A DNA stretch of 64,000 bases from Candidatus Amesbacteria bacterium RIFCSPLOWO2_01_FULL_49_25 (GCA_001773725.1 MEXP01000020.1:102767-166766); one strand, 5' to 3'. Counted from the stretch's first letter, positions 18,854-28,782 are shown. Made by a program: numbers and translations. Notes: generated by a model not told the origin, from the letters alone.

Positions 18854-20984
18854 TCACCCCATGCGCAAGCACCGGTCTCTGCTCGGCCGTAAGAAGTTTC
18901 AAGTCCGGCTCAAGCAATCTACAATTTACTCAGCCACCGCCATTGTTCTTTTTGCCATATCGGGAATCATTTGGATTTCATTTACCAAAGGCAGTCTTCC
19001 CTTACTTCGCCTTAATAACTTTCTGGTTGAAAATTTCGGCCTTTTTACATCTTTTTTTCTGCCGTTCCCTTTTTTAATTGGTGGCCTAATGCTCACCAAA
19101 ATCAAATCTTCACTCGCCGAACCCAACACCCTTCTTGGCAGCCTGATCATCTTGATCTCATTAATGGGCTTAGTTCATACCGGAGGCCTTGGGCTGCTGC
19201 TCTGGCAAAATTCGTCTACCCTTCTTTCTCCGGCCGGTACGGCGCTCTTCTTACTCGCCGGCCTCGGCATCGGCTTCATCGTCATGTTCAATGTCCCCTT
19301 CGAAGAAGCGCTCAATTGGGTAATTAGCCTATTCCGTGCGCTTTTTTCATTGGCCTCCCGTTTTAAAACAGCTGAAAGGTCCCTCGAAAAAGTCCCCAAA
19401 ATTGGTGGCATGGTAAACGCTCCTGCCGTATTACCCGGTAAGGAATCTCCCAAACAGCTCAAACTTCCCCAGGCTAGCAACCGACCCCAGCCCACTACCC
19501 CCGCAGGCGCCGCCGACCAGCCCTGGCATTATCCCCCCCTCTCGCTTTTATCCGAAAGTATCTCTGGCAAAGCCGATCGAGGCGATCCCCGGACCAACGC
19601 CGCCATTATTGAAAAAACCCTCGAGGCCTTTGGTATTACCGCCAAAGTGATAGAGATTAATTATGGCCCGGCCGTGACCCAATACGCCCTGGAAGTAGCC
19701 ATAGGTACCAAACTCTCCAAAATTTCGGCTCTGGGATCAGACCTTGCGCTGGCTCTTGCCGCCCCCACCGGCCAAATCCGTATCGAGGCCCCCATTCCTG
19801 GCCGCTCTCTAGTCGGCATAGAATTACCCAATCGTGCTCCAGAGTTTGTCTCCCTTCGAAAAATATTAGAATCAGACGCCCTCAAGCATCACAAAAGCAA
19901 AATTGCCGTGGCCTTAGGCCTGGACGTTTCCGGATCTCCCATAGTTGGGGATATCGCCCGCATGCCCCATATCTTAATAGCCGGCAGCACCGGATCCGGC
20001 AAATCGGTTTGCATAAATGCTTTTATAGCTTCGCTTCTGTTTCGCACTAGCCCTCAGGAGCTCAATCTTATTATGATCGATCCCAAACGCGTGGAACTTA
20101 CCGGCTTCAACGGCATTCCCCATTTGTTGACTCCGGTCATAGTCGAACCGGACAAAGTTCTCTCGGCTCTCAAATGGGCCATGTCCGAAATGGATCGTCG
20201 TTACAAGCTGTTTGCCGAAGTCGGTGTCAGAAATCTGGAAGCCTACAATGAGCTTTCCGGCTTTCAAGCCTTGCCTTACATTATGATTTTTGTAGACGAG
20301 CTCGCCGATATCATGCTGTTTGCCCCAGTCGAGGTGGAAGACGCCATTACCAGAATCGCCCAGATGGCTAGGGCTACTGGTATCCACTTGATTATTGCCA
20401 CTCAGCGCCCCTCGGTCGACGTAATTACCGGCCTGATCAAAGCCAATATCCCCACCCGTATTGCTTTTGCGGTCTCATCCATGATCGACTCTCGGGTGAT
20501 CATCGACAGCCCCGGCGCCGAAAAACTTTTAGGCAAAGGAGACATGCTTTACGTTCCGCCGGACCAAGCGAAACCCATTCGCATTCAGGGAGCATTTATA
20601 TCTGACAAAGAAATCCATCAGCTCATCGACTATCTCAAAAAACAAGGCGTTGCGCCCCACTACACTGAAGAAGTAACTACCATGCCCATTACCAGCCGAG
20701 CCGGAGGTCGAATGGGCTCTTCCAAAGGATCGGCTTTTATTTCTCCCAATGGTGAAGACCGCGACGCATTGTTTGCAGATGCCTTTCGTCTTATTGTCCA
20801 ACACCAAAACGCTTCCGCCTCATTTTTACAGCGCAAACTTAGTATCGGTTACGCCCGGGCCGCTCGAATACTTGACGAACTCCACCAGGCCGGTGTCATC
20901 GGCCCCACCGATGGCGCCAAGCCCCGCGATATTCTAATTACCGACGTCGACTCCTTCCTCTCCCAGCAATCAGTCGAACAATAG
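18843..20984 (+). CDS. ftsK: DNA translocase FtsK/SpoIIIE
   Basis: Four N-terminal TM helices, a Pro-rich linker, a motor domain (LIAGSTGSGKSVCINAFIASL, FVDELAD, ATQRPSVDVITG) and a gamma wHTH (FLQRKLSIGYARAARILDELHQAGVIGP). Confidence 0.9.
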   Translation: MRYNHPMRKHRSLLGRKKFQVRLKQSTIYSATAIVLFAISGIIWISFTKGSLPLLRLNNFLVENFGLFTSFFLPFPFLIGGLMLTKIKSSLAEPNTLLGSLIILISLMGLVHTGGLGLLLWQNSSTLLSPAGTALFLLAGLGIGFIVMFNVPFEEALNWVISLFRALFSLASRFKTAERSLEKVPKIGGMVNAPAVLPGKESPKQLKLPQASNRPQPTTPAGAADQPWHYPPLSLLSESISGKADRGDPRTNAAIIEKTLEAFGITAKVIEINYGPAVTQYALEVAIGTKLSKISALGSDLALALAAPTGQIRIEAPIPGRSLVGIELPNRAPEFVSLRKILESDALKHHKSKIAVALGLDVSGSPIVGDIARMPHILIAGSTGSGKSVCINAFIASLLFRTSPQELNLIMIDPKRVELTGFNGIPHLLTPVIVEPDKVLSALKWAMSEMDRRYKLFAEVGVRNLEAYNELSGFQALPYIMIFVDELADIMLFAPVEVEDAITRIAQMARATGIHLIIATQRPSVDVITGLIKANIPTRIAFAVSSMIDSRVIIDSPGAEKLLGKGDMLYVPPDQAKPIRIQGAFISDKEIHQLIDYLKKQGVAPHYTEEVTTMPITSRAGGRMGSSKGSAFISPNGEDRDALFADAFRLIVQHQNASASFLQRKLSIGYARAARILDELHQAGVIGPTDGAKPRDILITDVDSFLSQQSVEQ

Positions 20985-20991
20985 GTGTCGT

Positions 20992-21630
20992 ATGAAAACT
21001 GCCGGACAGATATTGCAATCAGCTAGACTGGCAAAAAAACTCGAAATCGAGGATATCTCCCGCATCACTAAAATCCGCCCCAATTTTTTACTCTCCATTG
21101 AAGCCGATGACTATTCGCGCCTTCCATCAACCGTCGCTCGCGGTTTCATCAGAAATTATGCTAAGATTTTGGATCTCAAACCCGAAACAATTCTGGCCGT
21201 CTTTCGTCGGGATTTTATCGAGACATCCGCTGGCCACATCGTTCCTCGGGGCCTAGCCCAGCCCGCCCAAAAACCCAACTTCTGGACCCCAAAAACCACA
21301 GTCATTGCAGCTCTGGTATGTGTCTTTTTCTTGTTTGGAGCGTATTTAATCTATCAATATCGCCTCCTAACCGGTCCGCCCAGTCTAACTATCACCGCGC
21401 CGGCCGACCTTACATCAACTACTTCAGACAACATGGAAGTCACGGGCCTTACCGACCCCGAAGCCGCTCTCTACGTAAACAACCAGCTAATCTCTTTAGA
21501 CAACGGTGGACATTTCTCTTTCCGCATCCCCTTGGTTCTTGGGGAAAACTTAATCACCATTACCGCTTCCGGCAAATCCGGAAAGAGCACTACTCTGACC
21601 AGGAGTGTTATCTTGACAACCGGCAACTAA
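20992..21630 (+). CDS. RodZ-like protein (HTH_25 / XRE-type N-terminus, one TM, DUF4115-like C-terminus)
   Basis: QILQSARLAKKLEIEDISRITKIRPNFLLSIEADDYSRLP is an XRE-type HTH. A TM helix (VIAALVCVFFLFGAYLIY) is followed by a C-terminal beta domain. Confidence 0.55.
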   Translation: MKTAGQILQSARLAKKLEIEDISRITKIRPNFLLSIEADDYSRLPSTVARGFIRNYAKILDLKPETILAVFRRDFIETSAGHIVPRGLAQPAQKPNFWTPKTTVIAALVCVFFLFGAYLIYQYRLLTGPPSLTITAPADLTSTTSDNMEVTGLTDPEAALYVNNQLISLDNGGHFSFRIPLVLGENLITITASGKSGKSTTLTRSVILTTGN

Positions 21631-21652
21631 ACGATTTAACCTTTTCCTCACC

Positions 21653-21988
21653 ATGCCTCTCTTTGTTCAATTTTTACTCACTCTCGTCATTACCACTCTT
21701 ACCCTATTGGTCACTTTTGCCTCCATTCAAATATTCCATATTCTCCATGAATTCCGCTTAACCCTCAAACGCCTAAATCGGATATTGGACAACACACAGA
21801 CACTTTCTAATACCGCCGCCAAACCAATTACTGCCGTCAACGAATTTTTTACCGAAGTCAAAGATTTAGTGGACAAGACCCAGGACGAAATTATCGACTC
21901 CACTCCCGATCGAGTCATCCCCGAGTCCCGCATGAGCCGCGTCCGTCACTTCTTCCGCCGCTCCGGCATCCCCCTTCATTCTTCGTAG
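21653..21988 (+). CDS. Small membrane protein, DUF948-like (N-terminal TM plus coiled coil)
   Basis: 111 aa; MPLFVQFLLTLVITTLTLLVTFASIQIF TM helix followed by a helical region. Confidence 0.35.
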   Translation: MPLFVQFLLTLVITTLTLLVTFASIQIFHILHEFRLTLKRLNRILDNTQTLSNTAAKPITAVNEFFTEVKDLVDKTQDEIIDSTPDRVIPESRMSRVRHFFRRSGIPLHSS

Positions 21989-22063
21989 CCCTTTGCAATA
22001 TTTTAACGATCGTTGATAAATTGCAAAAATCCCGCCTCAGAATAGAAGTATCTGATATCTTTA

Positions 22064-22432
22064 TTAACAAGCTATTAACGTACAGGGCACACGTCCATCA
22101 TCACACGAACAAACATTACAGCCGTCTCCGGCTTCAAACCCATCTCCATCTTTATAGACGACTCCATTGTAGTTGCAACTCTTTTTACCATTGGTAGGTG
22201 TAAGTTCCACCTCGCCTTTTTGGTCAAATTTAGATAGTCGACCCCAAATCATGCGAACCAGCGATGGTTTCCATTCTATATCTCCCTTTTGTGGACACTT
22301 AGGACATTGAGAGCGGGGGACAGTAGGATCGCAAGGTTGGCAAAGAACTTGCTCTTGGATAATATAAGGAATTGGAGTAAATAAAAGTGCCAATCCGGAA
22401 GTTAACAATACAATAATGATCCAGAGCCTCAT
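22064..22432 (-). CDS. Secreted Cys-rich protein with a VWC-like (von Willebrand factor type C / chordin-like) cysteine module
   Basis: 122 aa with a signal peptide/TM and 10 Cys. CNYNGVVYKDGDGFEAGDGCNVCSCDDGRVPCTLIAC matches the VWC SD1 pattern C.Y.G..Y..G..F....C..C.C..G.V.C....C. The gene looks AT-richer than its neighbours and is the only minus-strand gene in a plus-strand block. Confidence 0.55.
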   Translation of the reverse strand: MRLWIIIVLLTSGLALLFTPIPYIIQEQVLCQPCDPTVPRSQCPKCPQKGDIEWKPSLVRMIWGRLSKFDQKGEVELTPTNGKKSCNYNGVVYKDGDGFEAGDGCNVCSCDDGRVPCTLIAC

Positions 22433-22468
22433 TTGCTTAAAGTATAATACAGCAGATAAAATGATGAA

Positions 22469-24385
22469 ATGATTTCAGCTAACGAAATAAGACAGAAGTA
22501 TCTGGAGTTTTTTGAGAGGAGGGGACACAAAATCATTCCCTCTGCCCCCCTCGTCCCCGAAAACGACCCCACCGTGTTGTTCACTACCGCCGGCATGCAC
22601 CCGCTCGTACCCTATCTACTGGGCCAACCCCATCCTTTGGGTAAGCGTCTGGTAGACTATCAAAAATGTCTTCGCACCGATGATATTGATGAAGTAGGGG
22701 ATACTTTCCATCACACATTCTTTGAAATGTTAGGCAATTGGTCTCTGGGCGATTACTTTAAAAAAGAAGCCATTAGTTGGTCGTATGAATTTCTGACGCA
22801 AGAGCTAAATATCGATCCGCACCGTCTGTATATCAGTTGCTTTGCCGGCGACGCCGATGCTTCCAAAGATGAAGAATCGGCGGCAATTTGGAAAGAGGTT
22901 GGTATTCCCCGGGATCGTATTTATTTTTTCGGCAAAAAAGATAACTGGTGGGGCCCAGCGGGCCAGACCGGACCTTGTGGTCCTGATACGGAGATGTACT
23001 ACGACACTACTCAGAAACCATGTGGACCTAATTGTCAACCAGGAGACAATTGCGGTCGGTTTTGTGAAATTTGGAATGACGTGTTTATGCAATACAACAA
23101 AACGGCGGATGGCAAATTCGAAAAATTGCCCCAGCCCAACGTCGATACCGGCATGGGCCTGGAACGAACTTCTGCAGTTCTCAATGGTTTTGACGACAAT
23201 TATCTTACCGACCTCTGGCAACCAATAATTAAATCTATTGAAAGAGTTGTAGGTAAAAGTTACGAAGAGCACGAAAGACCATTTCGCATCATTGCCGATC
23301 ACCTCAGAGCTGCTGTATTTATTATTTCCGACGGTGTTCAACCTTCAAATAAAGAACAGGGTTACGTTTTGAGAAGATTACTCCGCAGAGCTGCTTACCA
23401 ACTTGCAGAGCTGGGGATTAGTTCTGAAACAGCTGCAAAAACCATAGTCAACTCAATTATAGAAGTAATGTCTCGGTTCTATCCCGAATTGCACGAACAT
23501 CACGAAAACATTTCTAATGTGGTAAATTTTGAGCTAATAAAATTTACCGACACTCTCAAAAGAAATTTACCTGAGTTTATTTCCAAGTATCCCAAAAAAT
23601 ACCCCCTTAATAATAATGATGATGCACGTTTTCTCCTCGATCATAATTTGGGGCCATTGAAAATTGACACTGACACATTTCTCACGAAGGTTGGATCATT
23701 CCAGTCGTTACCTAGCATTGCAGCAGGAACAGCAGTTTTTTATGGATCGGCGTCGTACGGGTTACCCCCGGATTACTCCATGAACGTAGTTAATGATTGG
23801 GTAAAAGCGAATCTTGTTAAAGAAGATATCGAAAAAGCAATTACAAAAATGGGAGAATTGCATCAGGACCTCTCTCGCACCGCCAGTAAAGGCATGTTCC
23901 GGGGCGGATTACAGGACCAGTCAGAAATTACGACCAAATATCATACCGCCACCCATCTCCTGCACGCCGCCCTGCGCCAAGTATTAGGCCCCCACGTCCA
24001 GCAGAAGGGTAGCAATATCACCAGCGCTAGACTGCGCTTCGATTTCTCCCATTCCTCAAAATTATCGGCTGACGAAATAGAAAAAATCGAAACCTTAGTC
24101 AATCAAAAAATAATCGAGGACATCCCCGTAACCAAGCGCGTTTTGCCCAAATCCCAGGCCTTGGCCGATGGAGTTCTGGCCTTCTTTCCCGAACGTTATC
24201 CTGATGTTACTTCAGTTTATCAGATAGGCGATTTTTCCCAGGAACTTTGTGGCGGGCCCCACGTCAATTCGACAGCCGAGATTGGAGGTATTAAGATAAC
24301 CAAAGAAGAGTCTGCCGGTTCCGGCATCAGACGTATCTATGCCCAACTTTCACCTGCCATTTCTCAAGCAGAAAAAAGAAGATAG
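22469..24385 (+). CDS. alaS: Alanine--tRNA ligase, compact form (catalytic plus editing domains; no C-Ala domain)
   Basis: N-terminal KYLEFFERRGHKIIPSAPLVP...FTTAGM...WGP; the C-terminal editing domain carries HTATHLLHAAL and CGGPHV; 638 aa. Confidence 0.9.
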   Translation: MISANEIRQKYLEFFERRGHKIIPSAPLVPENDPTVLFTTAGMHPLVPYLLGQPHPLGKRLVDYQKCLRTDDIDEVGDTFHHTFFEMLGNWSLGDYFKKEAISWSYEFLTQELNIDPHRLYISCFAGDADASKDEESAAIWKEVGIPRDRIYFFGKKDNWWGPAGQTGPCGPDTEMYYDTTQKPCGPNCQPGDNCGRFCEIWNDVFMQYNKTADGKFEKLPQPNVDTGMGLERTSAVLNGFDDNYLTDLWQPIIKSIERVVGKSYEEHERPFRIIADHLRAAVFIISDGVQPSNKEQGYVLRRLLRRAAYQLAELGISSETAAKTIVNSIIEVMSRFYPELHEHHENISNVVNFELIKFTDTLKRNLPEFISKYPKKYPLNNNDDARFLLDHNLGPLKIDTDTFLTKVGSFQSLPSIAAGTAVFYGSASYGLPPDYSMNVVNDWVKANLVKEDIEKAITKMGELHQDLSRTASKGMFRGGLQDQSEITTKYHTATHLLHAALRQVLGPHVQQKGSNITSARLRFDFSHSSKLSADEIEKIETLVNQKIIEDIPVTKRVLPKSQALADGVLAFFPERYPDVTSVYQIGDFSQELCGGPHVNSTAEIGGIKITKEESAGSGIRRIYAQLSPAISQAEKRR

Positions 24386-26465
24386 TCATAAGGCTACCTC
24401 CCGCGAATACTTTCTTGCTTTGGAAATATCGCACGGCGTCGTCAAGAGTGCCGTTTGGTCGGTAATCAACGACAAAACCCAAGTTCTCTCCGTCGGTGCC
24501 AGCTCCGACTGGGACGACGCCACCCCCGATAGTCTCGTGACCGCCTCAGACGCCTCTCTTACCGACTGTCTCTCCAAGCTCGATCCTCAGGGTAAAATAA
24601 GCCCGGACAAAGTAATCTTCGGCCTCCCGCCCGACTGGATAGAGGCTGACAAAATCAGCCCTTCCCGTCTGCAATTTTTAAAAATAATTTCTCAAAAGCT
24701 TTCTCTCCGCCCCGTGGGTTACGTCGTTACCCCCGAAGCCGTGGTTAGATTTCTGGCCCATTCCGAGGGCGTTCCTCCCACGGCCATCTGCCTGGGCTTC
24801 TGGTCCAATTTTGTCGAAGTGACGCTGGTCCGTCTGGGCAAAATAATTGGCATTCACGAAGTCTCCAGAAGTCCCCATCCCGCGGCTGATGTCCTGGAAG
24901 GCTTATCCCGATTTACTCACATCGACATGTTTCCCTCGCGCATGCTGCTTTACGACTCCGGCCTTCATTTGGAAAACATTAAGCAACAGCTTTTAACTCA
25001 TCCCTGGCAAGCCCCCCAAAATCGTCTACCATTTCTTCACTTTCCCAAAATCGAAGTCCTCCCTCCGGATTTTACTGTCAGAGCTATAGCCCTATCTGGG
25101 GGGGCAGAAGTGGCCAAAGCCAGCGGCTTGCTGCCTGACCAAGAAGAAACCGCCCCCGTCGAACCCCCGTCCGCCGACTTAGGTTTTTATCCTCCCAGCC
25201 ACCCCCCTTCACCCGCACCCTTACCCCAGCCTCCCCGCCCTCATCCGTATCCACCCGCCGAAGCGTCCCCTGTGCGCAACAAGCTCCCCCCCCTGCCGAA
25301 TTTCAAACTCAAATTTCCCAGAGTTTCCTTTTCACCGGGACCAGTCCTAGTTTCTCTCTTCCTTATTCTCATCCTGGGCGGTCTTGGCCTGGCATACTGG
25401 TATCTTCCCAAGTCAAAAATTGTGCTCCAGGTAACTCCCCGCACCCTCACCACCCAGTTTGAATTTGTAGCCGATGCCGCCAGTCCTTCTGCCGATCTGG
25501 AAAACTCCATCCTTCCCAGTCTTCAGCTTTCGGCTTCAGTCGACGGGAGTCAGACCACCAATACTACCGGGACGCTGCTGGTTGGAGACAAGGCCACCGG
25601 TTCAGTTACCATCTCCAACGCTCTCGATACCCCCAAAACCTTTCCTGCCGGCACCACCATAAATACTCCTTCCGGACTCAAGTTTCTCCTAATGGAGTCC
25701 GTCACGGTTGCCTCAGCCAGTGGCAGCGCCGGAAATTTACTGGTAGGCAAAGCCCCTGCCAAAATCACCGCCGCCCAAATTGGCTCAGATTCAAATCTCA
25801 CTGCCGGCACCACGTTTCGAGTCGCATCTTTTGCCGTTACTCAAATCTCAGCTCTCAACGAAACGGCATTTTCTGGCGGCTCCAGCCGCACCGTAGCGGC
25901 TGTGGATAAAAATGACATTTCGTCACTTCGCTCCCAACTATCTTCTTCTCTCAACAGCTCTCTCAAAGACAAATTATCTTCCCAGCTCTCCCCCGATCAG
26001 CTTCTCCTCGCCGAGACTCTCCAAACAGAAACCCCCACCGAAAGCTTCGACCACAAATTAGGTGACGCCGCCGACTCTCTCACTCTCTCTCTTTCCTTGA
26101 GTGCCTCCGCCACAGCCGTCTCCCGTTCAGACATTTTTGCTCTAGTTAAAGGCCAAATTCAAAGTCAGATTCCCGAAGGCTATGAATTTAGCGGTGATCC
26201 TGAGTTTACCTTCTCTGTGCTTAAGGCTTCTGCCACCAAAGCCACCATCCAAACCCAGGCCAAAGCATCGCTCCTTCCCCGTTTTGATTCAGCTCAAATT
26301 GCCCAAGCGGTATCCGGTAAATCCCTGCCAGTCGCCAGTACATATTTAGAAAGCTTACCTGGAGTTTCACATGTGGATGTCATATTTAGCCCCCCCCTTC
26401 CAAAGCTTCTCCTCGTATTACCGCGGTTACCTTCCCATATATCAGTTTCGGTTAGTCCCCAATGA
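24339..26465 (+). CDS. Hypothetical membrane protein: N-terminal actin-like (FtsA/PilM-like) domain, Pro-rich linker, one TM, Ser/Thr-rich extracytoplasmic C-terminal region
   Basis: 708 aa. YFLALEISHGVVKSAVWSVIND...ICLGFWSNFVEVTLVRLG follows the phosphate-1/phosphate-2 layout of the actin fold, though it is degenerate. A PPSHPPSPAPLPQPPRPHPYPP linker precedes the TM helix VSLFLILILGGLGLAYWYL. If the ATG at 24339 is used it overlaps the alaS end by 47 nt; an alternative start is the TTG near 24417. Confidence 0.5.
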   Translation: MPNFHLPFLKQKKEDSHKATSREYFLALEISHGVVKSAVWSVINDKTQVLSVGASSDWDDATPDSLVTASDASLTDCLSKLDPQGKISPDKVIFGLPPDWIEADKISPSRLQFLKIISQKLSLRPVGYVVTPEAVVRFLAHSEGVPPTAICLGFWSNFVEVTLVRLGKIIGIHEVSRSPHPAADVLEGLSRFTHIDMFPSRMLLYDSGLHLENIKQQLLTHPWQAPQNRLPFLHFPKIEVLPPDFTVRAIALSGGAEVAKASGLLPDQEETAPVEPPSADLGFYPPSHPPSPAPLPQPPRPHPYPPAEASPVRNKLPPLPNFKLKFPRVSFSPGPVLVSLFLILILGGLGLAYWYLPKSKIVLQVTPRTLTTQFEFVADAASPSADLENSILPSLQLSASVDGSQTTNTTGTLLVGDKATGSVTISNALDTPKTFPAGTTINTPSGLKFLLMESVTVASASGSAGNLLVGKAPAKITAAQIGSDSNLTAGTTFRVASFAVTQISALNETAFSGGSSRTVAAVDKNDISSLRSQLSSSLNSSLKDKLSSQLSPDQLLLAETLQTETPTESFDHKLGDAADSLTLSLSLSASATAVSRSDIFALVKGQIQSQIPEGYEFSGDPEFTFSVLKASATKATIQTQAKASLLPRFDSAQIAQAVSGKSLPVASTYLESLPGVSHVDVIFSPPLPKLLLVLPRLPSHISVSVSPQ

Positions 26466-27118
26466 CCAGCCGGGTCCTCTCCCTCTTTCTTCTTACGATC
26501 GGATTCGGGATCATGATATCCGTCCTCCTTCCCATAATCGCTTCTCAATTTTCTCTTTGGTTTGACATTCGCTCCCGGCTCATAGATCCTACTGCGGTTT
26601 CAGCCTCTAGGCCAAAATTAACTATATTGCCTTACGGCCCTGATCTTACCCAGGCCGCCAGTTGGTTCACAGCCTCCCCCCAAATTTCCTCTCCTTCGGC
26701 GTCTCCGGTTTCAGACTTCTCTCTTTCCCTACCCTCTCTGAAAATCGATTCCCTCTCCGTCCGAATTAATGACACCGATCTAAAAACCGGCCCAATTCAT
26801 TATCCGGGCACCGCCTTACCGGGGGCTTTCGGAAACAGTGTGGTCTTCGGTCATTCTTCTCTGCCGATCTTTTACAATCCCCGAAATCCCTTAACCATCT
26901 TTAACCCTCTGCCAAAAATCAAAGTCGGCGATGACATTTACGTAACTTATTCTCAAACCGTCTTTCATTACGTCGTCAAAAATACCCAGACGGTAAAACC
27001 TGACAATATTACTGTCCTAGCCCAAAATTATTCCCAAAAACAGCTCACCCTCATCACCTGCGTCCCTCTAGGCACTTACTGGCGCCGCTTCGTAGCGACG
27101 GCCGAGCTGGTAAACTAG
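26462..27118 (+). CDS. Sortase-family transpeptidase
   Basis: N-terminal TM, then His (VVFGHSSLP), Cys (LTLITCVP = TLxTC) and Arg (YWRRFV) catalytic motifs. Confidence 0.8.
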   Translation: MTSRVLSLFLLTIGFGIMISVLLPIIASQFSLWFDIRSRLIDPTAVSASRPKLTILPYGPDLTQAASWFTASPQISSPSASPVSDFSLSLPSLKIDSLSVRINDTDLKTGPIHYPGTALPGAFGNSVVFGHSSLPIFYNPRNPLTIFNPLPKIKVGDDIYVTYSQTVFHYVVKNTQTVKPDNITVLAQNYSQKQLTLITCVPLGTYWRRFVATAELVN

Positions 27119-27122
27119 ATGC

Positions 27123-27500
27123 ATGAGTTTTTTGGGCCTGGATTATGGGATCAAACATATCGGTGTGGCCGTGGCCGCCGGGCCTCTGGCCGAGCCGCTC
27201 ACAACCCTCCCCGCGAGCCGCGCCTTTAAATTAATTAACAAGTTAGTCGATAAGCGCCACATAGATACAATAATCATCGGCCGCCCGGATAAAAGCCTCA
27301 AAAAAGCCTTTGAAAATTTTATTAATTCTTTAGAAATTAGAAATTCGAAACTAGAAATTGTCGACGAGACCCTTTCCTCTTATGATGCCCGCGTCCATCT
27401 ACAGCACACCACTCAAAAAAGGCGCAAACAGAAGGAGCATTCCGTCTCCGCCGCCATAATCTTGCAGAGCTGGCTTGACTCTCACCCCCAAAAACTGTAA
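27123..27500 (+). CDS. ruvX: Holliday-junction resolvase-like RuvX/YqgF
   Basis: LGLDYGIKHIGVAVA N-terminal motif; 125 aa. Confidence 0.85.
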   Translation: MSFLGLDYGIKHIGVAVAAGPLAEPLTTLPASRAFKLINKLVDKRHIDTIIIGRPDKSLKKAFENFINSLEIRNSKLEIVDETLSSYDARVHLQHTTQKRRKQKEHSVSAAIILQSWLDSHPQKL

Positions 27501-27501
27501 A

Positions 27502-27711
27502 TTGGCCCTAGTGTTCAAAAACGTCATCGCTCCGGTCCAAGCTTGGCTTCTTTCCCAGGGGAGATGTGTAGGTTGCGGCACGGACCTTTCCACCGGCAAG
27601 GTCGATACCCAAAACGGCCAGTCCAAAGTCACCTGTAAAAAGTGTGGGCGGATTTTTATCAAAGACGACTCGAGCAAAAAGTTTCGCCGCGCCTTATTCG
27701 AGGAAGTGTGA
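27502..27711 (+). CDS. Small zinc-ribbon protein (CxxC...CxxC)
   Basis: CVGCGT ... CKKCGR; TTG start just after the ruvX stop. Its stop overlaps a candidate GTG start of mltG. Confidence 0.3.
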   Translation: MALVFKNVIAPVQAWLLSQGRCVGCGTDLSTGKVDTQNGQSKVTCKKCGRIFIKDDSSKKFRRALFEEV

Positions 27712-28730
27712 ACAAGCCCCTAATTGTATTTATTCTGTCCATCTCATTGGCCTCAGCAGGATTTCTCACTGCCTATTTTTGGTGGATGTCTCAACTCGGT
27801 CCGGTCTCTCCGAATTCCGACTCCCAAGTCGAATTTATAGTCCCGCTTTCCCAATCAGCCGCAGATACCGTCTCAAATCTTTACCGCAACCGCCTTATCA
27901 AGTCTCCCCTTGTAGCCAAGTTTTATCTCAAATTTACCGGTCTGGACCAAAAGATCCGCCCCGGTTCCTATAATCTTTCTCCCGGTTTCAACCTCCCGAC
28001 TCTAATTAACTCTCTCATTTCCGGGCCAAATGACATTTGGGTTACTTTCCCGGAAGGTTGGCGTCGGGAACAAATTGGTCTTCGTCTCAAAAATACTTTA
28101 CCGATGTTTCCCCTGGCCGATTTTTTGGAACAAACAGCCACCCTGGAAGGCCGTCTTTTCCCTGATACTTATCTCATCCCGCCCTCAGCCGATGTTTTTC
28201 AAATTATTGCCATACTAGAAGCAAATTTTTTTAAAAAAACCCAAGTTTATCCAGACCAAACCTACCCCATCCCTTTTGGCCGGGAACTACCCAGCCTTTC
28301 TGGCTCTCAGACTCTCATCTTGTCCTCCCTTGTCGAGCGCGAGGCCCGTCTTGACGCCGATCGCCCCACCATTGCCGGAATCTTGCTCAAACGCTATCTC
28401 TCCGGTTGGCCGCTTCAAGTCGATGCCACAGTTCAATACGCTCAAGATACAGATAATTTCAAGATTTACTCGCAAAGCGAACGCATTTCAAATTTCAAAT
28501 TTTGGGAACCCATATTTGACACAAAATATCCTTCGCCTTACAACACCTATCTTGCCCCCGGTTTGCCTCCCGCTCCCATCGCCAATCCCGGTCTGGCCGC
28601 AATTACTTCCGTGCTTCACCCTCAATACAGCGATTACTGGTACTATCTCACCGGTACCGACGGTGTCACCCGTTACGCCGCCACTATTGACGAGCACCAA
28701 ACCAATATTGACAAATACCTCAAACCCTGA
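27642..28730 (+). CDS. mltG: Endolytic murein transglycosylase MltG (YceG family)
   Basis: N-terminal TM followed by a YceG-like domain; a conserved ruvX-mltG neighbourhood. An alternative GTG start at 27708 is coupled to the upstream ORF. Confidence 0.8.
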   Translation: MWADFYQRRLEQKVSPRLIRGSVNKPLIVFILSISLASAGFLTAYFWWMSQLGPVSPNSDSQVEFIVPLSQSAADTVSNLYRNRLIKSPLVAKFYLKFTGLDQKIRPGSYNLSPGFNLPTLINSLISGPNDIWVTFPEGWRREQIGLRLKNTLPMFPLADFLEQTATLEGRLFPDTYLIPPSADVFQIIAILEANFFKKTQVYPDQTYPIPFGRELPSLSGSQTLILSSLVEREARLDADRPTIAGILLKRYLSGWPLQVDATVQYAQDTDNFKIYSQSERISNFKFWEPIFDTKYPSPYNTYLAPGLPPAPIANPGLAAITSVLHPQYSDYWYYLTGTDGVTRYAATIDEHQTNIDKYLKP

Positions 28731-28755
28731 TATAAGAAACTAACTTTTTCGGTTA

Positions 28756-28782
28756 GACGGCCACTGGTCGCCTAGCTTTTTT
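28756..28782 (+). terminator. Hairpin GACGGCC-ACT-GGTCGCC followed by TTTTTT, between mltG and rpoB
   Basis: 6/7-bp stem with one mismatch and a T6 run at 28777-28782. Confidence 0.4.
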
